Made by a program: the position numbers and the translations under genes
DNA from: a virus
Virus record (IMG/VR): IMGVR_UViG_3300046171_000197
DNA length: 64,000 bases
Direction: 5' to 3' (one strand)
Notes under the pieces: generated by a model
Databases searched by the model: none
What the model was told of the DNA's origin: nothing
Seen by the model: only the letters and a program-made list of their open reading frames with translations
Shown: piece by piece, positions 15,001-26,098 of the stretch
How the letters are laid out: every line of letters begins with the position of its first letter
Numbering within the stretch: position 1 is the first letter of the stretch

Positions 15001-16140
15001 TCACAAGGATTTGTTAAGATAAACAATGAAATTATTTTCTATAATAGTATTCAACCAAATCAACTAGGAATAGGAACAAGAGGTGTTGATGGAACTATTG
15101 TTAGAACACATAGTGTAAATGATATTTCTCGTAAGTATGAATTAAATGGTTTTGATCTATCAAGAATCAATAATGATCATAATATGTCAAACACAACTGC
15201 TCTTAGTGATGCTAGAGGAATTGATTCTTACTATCTTGAAATTAATAGAGGTGGTTTAGCAAACGGTGATAGTCAAGTTAGTTTCACAAAAGAACAAAAT
15301 GTTGGTGGAGATGATATCTTTGCTTCTCAAAATTATCAGTTTGACACAGTTATACCTCAGTTTAGTGTATTAACACCAAGTGATAACACAACAGTTTCTG
15401 CACAAGTTAGAACAGTTTCAGGAACAAGTGCTGGTGGTGGAGAAGTTCCGTTCATTGATCAGGGATATGAACCTGTAACTCTTAATGAACCAAATACATT
15501 AACGACACCTAGATTAGTATGTTCAAGAGTTAATGAAAATACAAGATTAACTGGATTACCATTAAATCGTTCATTTACTCTAGGAGTAAGATTGGAGACT
15601 ACAGATCCAAACCTTTCTCCTGTATTAGATACATTAAATGCAACGGTTATCTATCAAAGATCAAGACTTAACAAACCTATAGACAATTATGTGAAAGATG
15701 GTAGATCTAATGCAACAACTGGTGATCCTCATTCTGCAGTTTATATAAGTAATCGAATCGATCTTAAAAATCCTGCAACATCATTGAAAGTATTAGTTGC
15801 TGCATATCGTCATTCATCTGCCGACTTTAGAGTTCTTTATCAATTGTTCAGAGAAGATGGTAGTGATACTGAATTATCATATGAACTATTTCCTGGTTTT
15901 GATAATCTTACTGATACAGATGGAGATGGTTTTGGTGATAATATAATTGATGCTTCTAATAATAGTGGTAGACCAGATGCTTTTGTTACAGGAAGTAATG
16001 CAGATCAATTTAACGAATATCAATTTAGTGTTGATGATTTAGATGAATTTACTGGATTTAAGGTTAAAATTGTATGTAGTGGAACAAACGAAGCACTAGC
16101 ACCTAAATTTAAAGACTTTAGAGCAATTGCACTCGCATGA
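9070..16140 (+). CDS. Giant virion structural protein, VrlC/DUF4815 type (reconstructed across frameshifts at ~12077, ~12343, ~14173)
   Basis: MPQKTNLNISPYYDDF..FKPGFPVQARELTQ N-terminus, APGADRLKI, ERTFDESGNY, DPLAQSF, GSLFKSQNG, C-terminal PKFKDFRAIALA. Each break is a single extra C (e.g. gcaac[c]tgatact). Confidence 0.8.
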
Positions 16141-16331
16141 TACCAGTTGAAGGACATAAAAATTTATACCGAGATGAAAAATCTGGGGCTATCATAAGCA
16201 CTGATAGTCACGGATTTTCTCAGTATAAGAAGTCGAAAAAATTAAAATTGACTCAAAAAGAAGAAATAGATCGTATGAAAAGTGATATCGAAGAAATCAA
16301 ATATTTACTTAAACAGATAGCATCAAAATAG
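16137..16331 (+). CDS. Small conserved protein with C-terminal coiled coil (probable virion protein)
   Basis: 64 aa, MIPVEGHKNLYRDEKSGAII; ATGA overlap with the upstream stop. Confidence 0.75.
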   Translation: MIPVEGHKNLYRDEKSGAIISTDSHGFSQYKKSKKLKLTQKEEIDRMKSDIEEIKYLLKQIASK

Positions 16332-16346
16332 ACGGGTTATATTAAA

Positions 16347-16354
16347 TATAAATA
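16347..16354 (+). promoter_or_regulatory. T4-type late promoter (TATAAATA)
   Basis: Exact TATAAATA upstream of ORF 16382. Confidence 0.65.
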
Positions 16355-16381
16355 TATCTTAGATCGTGATATTGTTTCTAA

Positions 16382-16768
16382 ATGGCAATTTATACTAGTA
16401 ATCTTTCTTTAACTACCGATTCTGACTTTTCTCAGATCTTCACATTAGAGAACGCTGAAACTAACTCACCGACTAATTTAAGTGGTTTTACTATCGCATC
16501 CTCTATTAGAAAGCATCCTGCTGCTAAAAAGGGTGAAGGTTTTGAAGCAACTATTATTAATGCAGCTGCTGGAAAAATTAGATTGGGTATGTCAGGTATA
16601 AAAAGTCGTCAATTAGCCGAATCGGGTTTTTTTAGAACTGGTAGATACGTTTATGATGTTGTCGTTACAGATTCTGCCTCTGAAAGAACAAAAGTTTTGG
16701 AGGGTACAGTATTAGTGAATATTGGTATTACTAAAATACCAAGAGATATAGTTTATCCCCCTACATAA
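16382..16768 (+). CDS. Ig-like (BppU N-terminal-like) virion protein
   Basis: 128 aa; F.Q.F.L..PTNLSG..SSIRK...GRYVYDVV..KVLEG pattern. Confidence 0.6.
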   Translation: MAIYTSNLSLTTDSDFSQIFTLENAETNSPTNLSGFTIASSIRKHPAAKKGEGFEATIINAAAGKIRLGMSGIKSRQLAESGFFRTGRYVYDVVVTDSASERTKVLEGTVLVNIGITKIPRDIVYPPT

Positions 16769-16774
16769 ATTAAC

Positions 16775-17002
16775 ATGGCTGAAATTAAAGTTAGAGTAGG
16801 ACAACAGAATGCTATTAAGGTTACATCCTCATTAGCAGGAAGTGGTGCAGGAACTATCGGTGAATTAAGTGATGTATCAATTCAAAATCCACAAAATGGA
16901 ATGATTTTAGTATATAACAGTACCACTCAAAAGTGGACTGGAACACTTGAATGCACACCAGGTGCAACACAGAATCTGGATATAAACGGAGGTAGCTTCT
17001 AA
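16775..17002 (+). CDS. Small conserved structural protein
   Basis: 75 aa; LSDV..NGMILVYN..KW fibre-type motif, ends INGGSF like the next gene (IDGGSF). Confidence 0.65.
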   Translation: MAEIKVRVGQQNAIKVTSSLAGSGAGTIGELSDVSIQNPQNGMILVYNSTTQKWTGTLECTPGATQNLDINGGSF

Positions 17003-17004
17003 AG

Positions 17005-18621
17005 ATGGCGAGTTTTATAAGAATAAAAAGATCAACTGGTACGTCGGCACCATCGTCTTTAAAATTTGGTGAAATGGGTGTCACCCTCAGTGGAGGAGGC
17101 ACACAAGGTAATAGTGGTGATAGATTATTTGTTGGAGATAATGGAGAGAATCCACAGGTAGTTGGTGGTAGATATTTCACAGATTTATTAAATAATACAC
17201 CAGGTTCAGTTGCAAGTGCTGCTAATGCATCAACTGCTGCAAATGGATTTGTTGCAATACTTGATCAAACTCGTAAAGTAGATCAATGGAATGTAGATAA
17301 TTTAAGATTAGATGCAAATGTACTTTCATCAACAAACACAGACGGAGATATTTTCTTTACACCTAATGGAGCTGGTGAAGTAGTAATTGGAGATGATATA
17401 TTTCTAACCTTTGGTGATAGTAAAGACGCAAAAATAGAGTATGATGAGAACGGAACTGATAGAGTACAGGTAACTGGTGCTGATTGGACATATGCCAACG
17501 GTGTATCAATCATTATGGCAGATGTTACCGATTCATCTACAAAGGACAATGGTGCCCTTGTAGTCGAAGGTGGAGTCGGTGTAGAGAAGAGTGTTAATAT
17601 AGGTGGCAATTTAGGTGTTACTGGTGTTTCAACATTTACAGGTATTGGTACTTTTATAAGTGATCTATTTGTAGGTGGTGATCTTCATATTAAAGATGAT
17701 CTATTTGTTGATGAAATGACTATTCGTAACTTAAAGGTTACGGGTGTATCAACCTTCCAAGGTGATATGCATCAAACAGGTGGAACATTTAATGCACTTG
17801 ATGCAAGAATTGGTGGTGTTGGTATTTCATCTAACATAATTTCAACTAAAGAAGGTCATGGTAATCTTCTGTATATTGACCCATATCCAGATGGTTTAAG
17901 TAATGAAGGTACAGTTATTGTTAAAGGTGACTTACAAGTTGATGGTACAACTACAACAGTTGACTCATTTACAGTTAATCTTAACGATCCAATTATTAAC
18001 TTAGGTGTTACTACTAGTACAAGAACTGTAATGGCAACAGCACTAGCTGGTGTTAGTACAATTAAAGTTGACACGACTGCTGGTATAAACACAGGTGATG
18101 GCATAACTGGTACAAATATAGGTTCTGGTACAACAATTGCAACTTATGATTTGGGTGAAAAGTTAATTACAATTAATGGATCTGTTGCAGTTGGTGGTAT
18201 TGCGACTACAACTCAATTAACAGTAACTTCTAATGTTGACACTAATACTGATCGTGGTGTAGCATTTAGTTATAATACAAGTTCAGGTTCTGGAAATCAA
18301 AAACAAGGTTTCTTTGGATATCATGATCTAGGTGGAGATGCAAGTAATGCTCCAGAAAGATCATTTACATATATTCCTGAAGCCACGATGGTAAATAATC
18401 TTGTAAGTGGTACAAAAGGTTTCCTAGATATTAAAGGAATATATTTCCAGAATGGTGATTATGACACTACTGGAAATGGTATCGTTTATTTCGATACAAC
18501 AGGTAAACAAGTTGGTGCTGCTGGTACCGCTGCTGGTATAACTACTTCTAACTTTGTTCTTACCACTGATGCTTCTGGCATACCAAAATGGACAACGACG
18601 ATTGATGGAGGCTCGTTCTAA
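17005..18621 (+). CDS. Tail fibre / fibre-like structural protein
   Basis: MASFIRIKRSTGTSAP..L.FGE N-terminus, GALVVEGGVGVEK and GDLQVDGTTTTV triple-beta motifs, ends IDGGSF. Confidence 0.7.
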   Translation: MASFIRIKRSTGTSAPSSLKFGEMGVTLSGGGTQGNSGDRLFVGDNGENPQVVGGRYFTDLLNNTPGSVASAANASTAANGFVAILDQTRKVDQWNVDNLRLDANVLSSTNTDGDIFFTPNGAGEVVIGDDIFLTFGDSKDAKIEYDENGTDRVQVTGADWTYANGVSIIMADVTDSSTKDNGALVVEGGVGVEKSVNIGGNLGVTGVSTFTGIGTFISDLFVGGDLHIKDDLFVDEMTIRNLKVTGVSTFQGDMHQTGGTFNALDARIGGVGISSNIISTKEGHGNLLYIDPYPDGLSNEGTVIVKGDLQVDGTTTTVDSFTVNLNDPIINLGVTTSTRTVMATALAGVSTIKVDTTAGINTGDGITGTNIGSGTTIATYDLGEKLITINGSVAVGGIATTTQLTVTSNVDTNTDRGVAFSYNTSSGSGNQKQGFFGYHDLGGDASNAPERSFTYIPEATMVNNLVSGTKGFLDIKGIYFQNGDYDTTGNGIVYFDTTGKQVGAAGTAAGITTSNFVLTTDASGIPKWTTTIDGGSF

Positions 18622-18624
18622 ACT

Positions 18625-18852
18625 ATGACAATTTCTAATGATGTTGATGTGAATGCTTTGATTAAAATTTATAACCAAAAAATTTCTACATTAACTAACC
18701 AAAATATTCTTCTTGAAGCAAAATTACAAACAATTGTACAAGATAATCTTGATGCTCAGAAAGAATTACTCGCAGAAAAAATGGAACTGCAAGAAAAATA
18801 CGAAACTCTATTAGCAGATATCGAAGAAGAAGATGGCGAAAGCAAGCACTAG
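18625..18852 (+). CDS. Hypothetical coiled-coil protein
   Basis: 75 aa heptad-rich ORF directly upstream of gp13. Confidence 0.7.
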   Translation: MTISNDVDVNALIKIYNQKISTLTNQNILLEAKLQTIVQDNLDAQKELLAEKMELQEKYETLLADIEEEDGESKH

Positions 18853-19720
18853 ACAAGAATTAATAGATTACTGTTTAAGGCAGTTAGGTGCTCCTGTACT
18901 TGAGGTCAACGTAGATGATGATCAGATTGATGATTTGATTGATGATGCAATTCAAATGTTTCATGAACGCATCTTTGATGGTGTTGAGAAAATGTTTCTC
19001 AAATATAAAATTACACAAGATGATATAGATAGAGGTCTTGGTGTTGATGTTGCTGGCACAACAACTGGTATAGGTGGTACATCAGGTATTGGAATTCATA
19101 CAACAGGTGTTACTACATCAATGGTAAATACTGGGATTGCTACCTACGGAACCAGAACTTACGATTTTTATGAAAATTCAAATTATATACAAGTTCCAGA
19201 TTCTGTAATGGGAATTGAAAAAATATTTAAGTTTGATAGTAGTAGCATATCGGGAAGTATGTTTAGTATCAAATATCAATTATTTTTAAATGACTTATAT
19301 TACTTCAACTCTGTTGAATTACTTCAATATAGTATGACAAAAACTCGTTTAGAGGATATTGATTTTCTTCTATCCCCTGAAAAACAAATAAGATTTAATA
19401 AGAGACAAGATCGTTTATATTTAGATATTGATTGGGGATCACAAAGAGTTGGTGATTTTTTAATCATAGATTGTTATCGTGCACTAAACCCAGATATATT
19501 CAAACAGGTTTATAATGATATGTTCGTTAAATTATACGCAACAGCATTAATTAAAAAACAATGGGGACAGAATTTAATAAAATTTAGAGGTACAAAATTA
19601 CCAGGTGGTATTGAACTAAATGGCAGAGAAATTTATGATGATGCAATTAGAGAAATAGATGCAATTAGACAAAGAATGACACTTGAGTTTGAGTTACCTC
19701 CTCTTGATTTTATTGGGTAA
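18833..19720 (+). CDS. gp13: Neck protein gp13
   Basis: STRQELIDYCLRQLGAPVLEVNV, LIKKQWGQNLIKF..LPGGIELNG, ends PPLDFIG. Confidence 0.92.
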   Translation: MAKASTRQELIDYCLRQLGAPVLEVNVDDDQIDDLIDDAIQMFHERIFDGVEKMFLKYKITQDDIDRGLGVDVAGTTTGIGGTSGIGIHTTGVTTSMVNTGIATYGTRTYDFYENSNYIQVPDSVMGIEKIFKFDSSSISGSMFSIKYQLFLNDLYYFNSVELLQYSMTKTRLEDIDFLLSPEKQIRFNKRQDRLYLDIDWGSQRVGDFLIIDCYRALNPDIFKQVYNDMFVKLYATALIKKQWGQNLIKFRGTKLPGGIELNGREIYDDAIREIDAIRQRMTLEFELPPLDFIG

Positions 19721-19726
19721 TGATTG

Positions 19727-21397
19727 ATGGCAATAAATCCCCATTTTTTACAAGGATCTCAAGGAGAACAAAGACTCGTTCAAGATTTAATAAATGAACA
19801 TTTAAAAATCTATGGTATTGAAGTTAGATATATTCCTAGAAAATTTGTAAGACAACAATCTATTATTAGAGAGGTTCAATCATCAACTTTTGATGACAAT
19901 TTTTTATTGGAAGCATATGTAAACACATATGATGGTTATGGTGGTCAGGGTGATATTATGACTAAATTTGGAGTAAGTCTCAGAGATGAACTTACAATCA
20001 CAATATCAAAAGAAAGATTTGAAGATTTTATTTCACCATTTTTAGCATCTGATGATGATTATACAGTATCATCAAGACCAAGAGAAGGGGATATAATATT
20101 TTTTCCATTAGGACAGAGATTATTTGAGGTAAAATTTGTAGAGCATGAACAACCTTTCTATCAGTTAGGTAAAAATTATGTTTATCAACTTAAATGTGAA
20201 CTCTTTGAATATGAAGATGAAATTCTTGATACTGGTATTGACGTTGTTGATTCTCAACTTGAAGATGTTGGTTACATTACTAAGTTACAATTAATCGGAG
20301 CTGGAACAACTGCGACTGCAAATGCTCAAATAAATGTATCAAATCGTGGTTATATTCGTGAGATTGTTCTAAATGAAGATGGAAATGGATATACAAGTGC
20401 ACCAACTGTTGCTATTTCAACTGCTCCATTTGCTGCTGGTAATGTAGATGCAACTGCTGTTGCCATAACTACGTCAAAAGGTGGTGTATTCTCTATTGAT
20501 AGAATTGAACTAACACATGCAGGTATTGGATATACACAAGCACCAATGGTTCAAATCATAGGTGGAGGTGGTGTAGGTGCTGCTGCAACTGCTGCTGTTG
20601 AACAGACTAACTTTGGTATTGTTGACTTTACAATGTCAAATAATGGTGTTGGTTATGCAGCAACTCCAACTGTAACTATTGTGGGTCTTAATACAGTTCC
20701 AGCAGTCGCAGAGGCAAATCTTCTTGCAGATGGAACAATATCTGACATAAGATTAAGAAATGCAGGTATTGGATATACACAACAACCATCAGTAACGATA
20801 TCAAAACCATCTATTGTACCAACTGCAAATCCAGAACTATCTGGTGTTGGTAATTTTGATGTTGGAGAAGTTGTTAGAGGACTTTCTTCTCAAATTGAAG
20901 CAAGAGTCAAAACATGGGATACTGATACTAATATTCTTGAAATTACAAATGTTGGTATTGGAACTACACAAGGAGCATTCATACCTGGTGAAATAATACA
21001 AGCAACAGAATCATTCTACTTTAATGTTGTAACTCAAGTTGTAACTAATGTTGGTACTAGCACAAATAGAATATCGGGTATTAGCACTGCTGGAATAGAA
21101 ATTGGTTTTGCTGTGAAGGAATCTTTCTCTGGTGCAGGTAATACCATTCCAGTTTGTGGAAGTGGAAGCACAGTCACAGGAATATTTGGAGGATATGTAA
21201 CTATAGATCCTCCATGTGTTAATAATGTTAATTGTGCAGCTGTTATTACATTCGGTACAACAGCATATTCAAACTACTCACTTGATTTCTTCGATGAAGA
21301 TAATCAAAATACAACTTTTGAATCAAATGAAATCATCGAATCTGAAGCAGATGATATACTTGATTTCTCAGAAGGCAATCCATTCGGTACATTCTAA
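19727..21397 (+). CDS. gp14: Neck protein gp14 with long beta-repeat insertion
   Basis: EQRLVQDLINEHLKIYG, RPREGDIIFFP, FEVKFVEHEQPFYQLG, ends DFSEGNPFG; central GxGYTxxPxV repeats. Confidence 0.9.
   Translation: MAINPHFLQGSQGEQRLVQDLINEHLKIYGIEVRYIPRKFVRQQSIIREVQSSTFDDNFLLEAYVNTYDGYGGQGDIMTKFGVSLRDELTITISKERFEDFISPFLASDDDYTVSSRPREGDIIFFPLGQRLFEVKFVEHEQPFYQLGKNYVYQLKCELFEYEDEILDTGIDVVDSQLEDVGYITKLQLIGAGTTATANAQINVSNRGYIREIVLNEDGNGYTSAPTVAISTAPFAAGNVDATAVAITTSKGGVFSIDRIELTHAGIGYTQAPMVQIIGGGGVGAAATAAVEQTNFGIVDFTMSNNGVGYAATPTVTIVGLNTVPAVAEANLLADGTISDIRLRNAGIGYTQQPSVTISKPSIVPTANPELSGVGNFDVGEVVRGLSSQIEARVKTWDTDTNILEITNVGIGTTQGAFIPGEIIQATESFYFNVVTQVVTNVGTSTNRISGISTAGIEIGFAVKESFSGAGNTIPVCGSGSTVTGIFGGYVTIDPPCVNNVNCAAVITFGTTAYSNYSLDFFDEDNQNTTFESNEIIESEADDILDFSEGNPFGTF
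20517..20782 (+). repeat. 23-nt exact direct repeat within gp14 (ATGCAGGTATTGGATATACACAA)
   Basis: Copies at 20517-20539 and 20760-20782, both encoding AGIGYTQ. Confidence 0.8.
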
Positions 21398-22440
21398 TGT
21401 TAGGAAATTATTACTACCACGAAATACTCAGAAAAACCATAATCTCTTTTGGTACAATTTTTAATGACATTCATATACGTCATAAAGATGGTACTGGAAA
21501 AGAAACAAGTGATATGAGAGTTCCTCTTGCTTATGGACCAATGCAAAAGTTCCTAGCAAGACTAGAACAACAAGCAGATCTTAATAGAGCAGTTCAAATT
21601 ACACTTCCAAGAATGTCATTTGAAACTACAAATATTGCATATGATGCAACAAGAAAAGCTGGAATAACACAAACATTTAAAGCAACTGATGGAAGTAAAC
21701 TTAGAAAGGTGTTTATGCCAGTTCCATATAATATTGGATTTGAATTAAATATCCTCGTTAAATTAAATGATGATGCATTACAAATCGTAGAACAAATATT
21801 ACCATATTTTCAACCATCATTCAATGTTACTGTAGATCTTGTAAAAGTAATTGGAGAGAAAAGAGATATTCCCATCGTATTGGATAATATATCATTTCAA
21901 GATGATTATGAAGGAGATTTTGCAACAAGAAGAGCACTTATATACACATTAAACTTTACTGCTAAAACTTATCTGTTTGGTCCAGTATCTGATTCTAGTG
22001 AGGGTCTTATTAAGAAAGTTCAAGTTGATTATCATGCTTCTGTTGATACTGAGAATGCAAGAAGAGAGTTAAGATACTCTGCTACTCCACAAGCAATGAA
22101 AGATTATAATAATGATAATACAGCAGTATTAAAAGATGATTTAAGTAAAACTAAAACTCGATTTAATGTTTCTAATACTACTGCTTTATCTGCTGGTATG
22201 AGAATTATTATAGATAAAGAAATAATGAAGATTAAGGAAATTGTCGATGCAGATACAATTACGGTAAATCGTGGTTATCAAAGTATTGCTGCAACACACC
22301 TTGGAAATACATCAATTGATGTAATAACTACGGCTGACGATTTACTTGTCGAACCAGATGATGACTTTGGATTTAATGGAGTTCTTGAAGCATTTGATGA
22401 TTCTAGAACATTTAGTCCAACACAACAAAAAGATATTTAA
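21397..22440 (+). CDS. gp15: Tail sheath stabiliser / terminator gp15
   Basis: YYYHEILRKTIISFGTIFN, VPLAYGP.QKFLARL, LPRMSFE, PVPYNI.FEL, QIVEQILPYFQP. Confidence 0.92.
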   Translation: MLGNYYYHEILRKTIISFGTIFNDIHIRHKDGTGKETSDMRVPLAYGPMQKFLARLEQQADLNRAVQITLPRMSFETTNIAYDATRKAGITQTFKATDGSKLRKVFMPVPYNIGFELNILVKLNDDALQIVEQILPYFQPSFNVTVDLVKVIGEKRDIPIVLDNISFQDDYEGDFATRRALIYTLNFTAKTYLFGPVSDSSEGLIKKVQVDYHASVDTENARRELRYSATPQAMKDYNNDNTAVLKDDLSKTKTRFNVSNTTALSAGMRIIIDKEIMKIKEIVDADTITVNRGYQSIAATHLGNTSIDVITTADDLLVEPDDDFGFNGVLEAFDDSRTFSPTQQKDI

Positions 22441-22871
22441 TGAATACCATGACTAACTATGAATCTATTGATGATGCTTTGAATACAAGTAGTGCGATTG
22501 ATGTTAAACCAGTCAGTACACCTAAGAAAGTAAAAAAAATTGAATCTGATGATATTAAAAAAGATTACGATTACACTCGTGCGAATCTATATTCATTAAT
22601 CGAAAAAGGTCAGGAATCATTAAATGGTGTATTGGAAGTTGCTGGTGAAACTGCGAGTCCAAGAGCATATGAAGTTGCAGGTCAAATTATAAAATCAGTT
22701 GCAGATACGACTGATAAGTTAATGGAACTTCAAAAGAAAGTTAAAGATGTAGATGAAGATAAGAAACAATCACCAAATACAGTTACTAACAATGCACTCT
22801 TTGTGGGTTCAACATCTGAACTATCAAAGATGTTAAAGCAAGGAATACTAAATAATAAAGAGGATTCTTAA
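22440..22871 (+). CDS. gp16: Terminase small subunit gp16
   Basis: DYDYTRANLY.LIEKG, SPRAYEVAGQ, NNALFVGSTSEL. Confidence 0.92.
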   Translation: MNTMTNYESIDDALNTSSAIDVKPVSTPKKVKKIESDDIKKDYDYTRANLYSLIEKGQESLNGVLEVAGETASPRAYEVAGQIIKSVADTTDKLMELQKKVKDVDEDKKQSPNTVTNNALFVGSTSELSKMLKQGILNNKEDS

Positions 22872-22876
22872 TTCTA

Positions 22877-24445
22877 ATGAGTGATTCAGTTACTATTGAA
22901 GATTCAAAAGGAAATACTTTTGCGGAAGTAATCGATGTTATTGGTGTGTCTGAAGTTAAAAAGGCATTTCAACAATCTGTAAAAGAAGGTTCACTTCATA
23001 AGTGGTTCAAAGGTTCAAAATCTAAAGATGGCAAACCTGGTTGGGTGAATGTCGTCACTGGAGGAACTTGTGCAAGTGACAAACCTGGTGAGGGTACACC
23101 TAAATGTGTATCATCTTCAAAACGTGCTAGTATGAGTAAGTCAGAAAGACTCTCTGCCTCAAGAAGAAAGAAGAAAGCAGATCCTGGTCAACAAGGAAAA
23201 TCTGGTGCTGCAAAACCAACATACGTTTCAACTGATAAAAAGAAGAAAATGAATGAAGATGTAAAAAGAGATGAGTATGGTGATCCAATAGGAGGACCAA
23301 AGATTTCTAAGAAACAACTTAAAAAAAATCTTACATCAAATACACCTGACGAGCAACATACAACTACAACAAGTGAAGGGTATATTGATCTACCATTACA
23401 AGTAGAAATACCTCATACAGATGGTACATTTAGACTTGGACTTATGTTCCGTGAGAGTTTAGATATTGATAAGGGAATGCTCTTTATATTTGAGGAAGTA
23501 GGTCAACATTCATTCCATATGAAGAATACTCGTATTCCACTTGATATTGCATTTGTAAGAGAGGATGGAATTGTTGAAAGTATAAAAGAATTAACTCCTT
23601 ATAGTACATTGCCCGTATATTCTGATGGCAAAGTATTATTTGCAATCGAAGCAAATCGTGGTTGGTTCACAGAAAACAACGTGGAAGTTGGAGATGAAAT
23701 AGTATTAGGAGAAGCAAAAGATAAAAAAGGTAAGGGTAGTGGATCAAAAGATGCTTGCTATCACAAGGTTAAATCAAGATACTCTGTATGGCCAAGTGCA
23801 TATGCATCAGGTGCATTAGTTAAGTGTCGTAAAGTTGGTGCTGCAAACTGGGGTAATAAGTCAGAATCAGTTGAAATGAAGAATTATCTCGATAAGAAAG
23901 CAAAAATGCTGACTAAGAAAAGAGATGCACAATCTGATGCTGCTAAAAACAATCCTCATTTTGATAGCACACAACCTCACCATCAGGTAGAAATAAGTAT
24001 GAAGAAGTTGAATTAGATGAAAAGTGTTGGAAAGGTTATAAAAAGAAAGGTATGAAAACTATGTTTGGAAAGAGATATCCAAACTGTGTGAAGGCAGAAG
24101 AGTTTTCTAACTGGAGAGATGAACTAGGTTATGAGGGTAAGGACTGACTCAAAAAAGATTGAAGAAGCCAAGAGTCCTGCTTGGCAAAGAAAGGCAGGTA
24201 AGAGTGAGTCAGGTGGACTGAATAAAAAAGGTGTAGCATCTTATCGTGCTGCGAATCCTGGTTCTAAATTAAAAACTGCTGTTACTACAAAACCGTCTAA
24301 GTTAAAGAAAGGATCAAAAGCAGCAAACAGAAGAAAGTCATTCTGTTCTAGAATGAAAGGTATGAAAAAGAAATTAACCTCTGCAAAGACTGCTAGAGAT
24401 CCAGATTCAAGAATTAATAAGTCACTTCGTAAGTGGAACTGCTGA
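22877..24445 (+). CDS. Modular basic protein with embedded DUF192-like domain, probable internal head protein (reconstructed across frameshifts at ~23976 and ~24145)
   Basis: Modules GSLHKWF..KPGW..PKCV, GLMFRESL..GMLF..FHMKNT.IPLDIAF (DUF192-like), KDACYHKVK..WPSAYASG, KCWKGY..YPNCV (bridging frame 23984-24144) and SPAWQRK..RRKSFC..KWNC. CTAAATA late-type promoter at ~22848. Confidence 0.65.
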
Positions 24446-24451
24446 TAAATT

Positions 24452-26098
24452 ATGAATGATAATGTATACCTTGGTAATCCTAATTTAAAGAAAGCAAATA
24501 CTCCTCATGAATTTACAGAGGAACAGGTCATTGAGTTTATCAAATGTAAGAATGACCCAGTTTATTTTGCAAGAAAATATATTAAGATTGTTTCTCTTGA
24601 TGAAGGACTAACTCAGTTTCATCCTTATGATTTTCAAGAGAAGTTAATTAGAAACTTTCACGAGAATAGATTTAACATATGTAAGATGCCTCGACAGACT
24701 GGTAAATCTACCACATCTGTATCATATCTTTTACATTATGCTGTTTTTAATGATAGTACAAATATTGGTATTCTTGCCAACAAAGCAGCAACTGCCCGTG
24801 ATTTATTAGGTAGATTGCAAACTGCATATGAGAATTTACCTAAATGGATGCAACAGGGTATCATATCTTGGAATAAGGGATCACTGGAGTTAGAAAATGG
24901 TTCAAAAATACTCGCTGCAAGTACGTCTGCTTCTGCTGTCAGAGGTATGTCTTTCAACATTCTTTTTCTGGATGAGTTCGCCTTTGTTCCTAATCATATT
25001 GCTGAGTCATTCTTTGCCTCAGTATATCCTACTATCACTTCTGGTAAAAACACCAAAGTCATAATGGTTTCAACCCCTCACGGATGAACCATTTTTATAG
25101 GTATTGGCATGATGCTGAAAGAGGAAAGAACGAATATATCCCAACAGATGTTCATTGGTCTGAAGTACCAGGTAGAGATGACGTATGGAAAGAGCAAACA
25201 ATTGCAAACACATCAGAGCAGCAATTTAAAGTTGAGTTTGAATGCGAGTTCTTAGGATCAATTAATACATTGATAGCACCTTCCATATTGAGAAATATGG
25301 TATATGACACTCCAATTACTAAGAATGCTGGATTAGATATCTACGAAAAACCAGAAAAAGATCATAATTATATTACTACAGTTGACGTAGCAAGAGGTCT
25401 TGGTAATGACTATTCTGCATTTATAGTATTTGACGTAACTCAGTTTCCATATAAAGTAGTTGCTAAGTATCGAAATAATGAAATTAAACCTATGCTATTT
25501 CCAAATGTAATACTTGATGTAGCAAAGGGATTTAATAATGCTTACATATTAGTTGAAGTAAATGACATAGGAGACCAAGTTGCCAGCATACTTCAGTATG
25601 ATCTTGAATATGAAAACATACTTATGGCGTCGATGAGAGGAAGAAATGGTCAAATAGTTGGTCAGGGGTTTTCAGGTAAGAAAACTCAATTGGGTGTTAG
25701 AACGACTGCATCAGTGAAAAAAACTAGGATGCAGTAACCTGAAAACACTAATTGAAGATCATAAGTTAATCACTTGCGACTATGAAATCATATCAGAATT
25801 GACTACATTTGCACAAAAACACAACTCATTTGAAGCAGAAGAGGGATGTAATGATGACTTGGCTATGTGTTTGGTGATATTTGCATGGTTAGTTCAGCAA
25901 GAATATTTCAAAGAAATGACCGATAATGATATAAGAAAGAGAATATATGAAGAACAAAAGAATCAAATCGAACAAGACATGGCACCTTTTGGTTTTATTG
26001 AAACTGGATTAGAAGATAGTCAGTTTGTTGACAAAGACGGTGAAGTGTGGCATACTGATGAATACGGTGATCGTTCTTACATGTGGGACTATAGATGA
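24452..26098 (+). CDS. gp17: Terminase large subunit gp17 (reconstructed across frameshifts at ~25083 and ~25722)
   Basis: YLGNPNLK, Walker A PRQTGKST, Walker B ILFLDEFAFV, VSTPHG.MNHFY, nuclease VDVARG and GCNDDLAM. Confidence 0.95.

Noticed and set aside
24140-24160. A-AAA-AAG slippery site as a programmed -1 frameshift
   Set aside because: As sequenced, the upstream frame stops (TGA ~24145) before the site; removing one base gives a simple in-frame fusion, consistent with the other indel errors.
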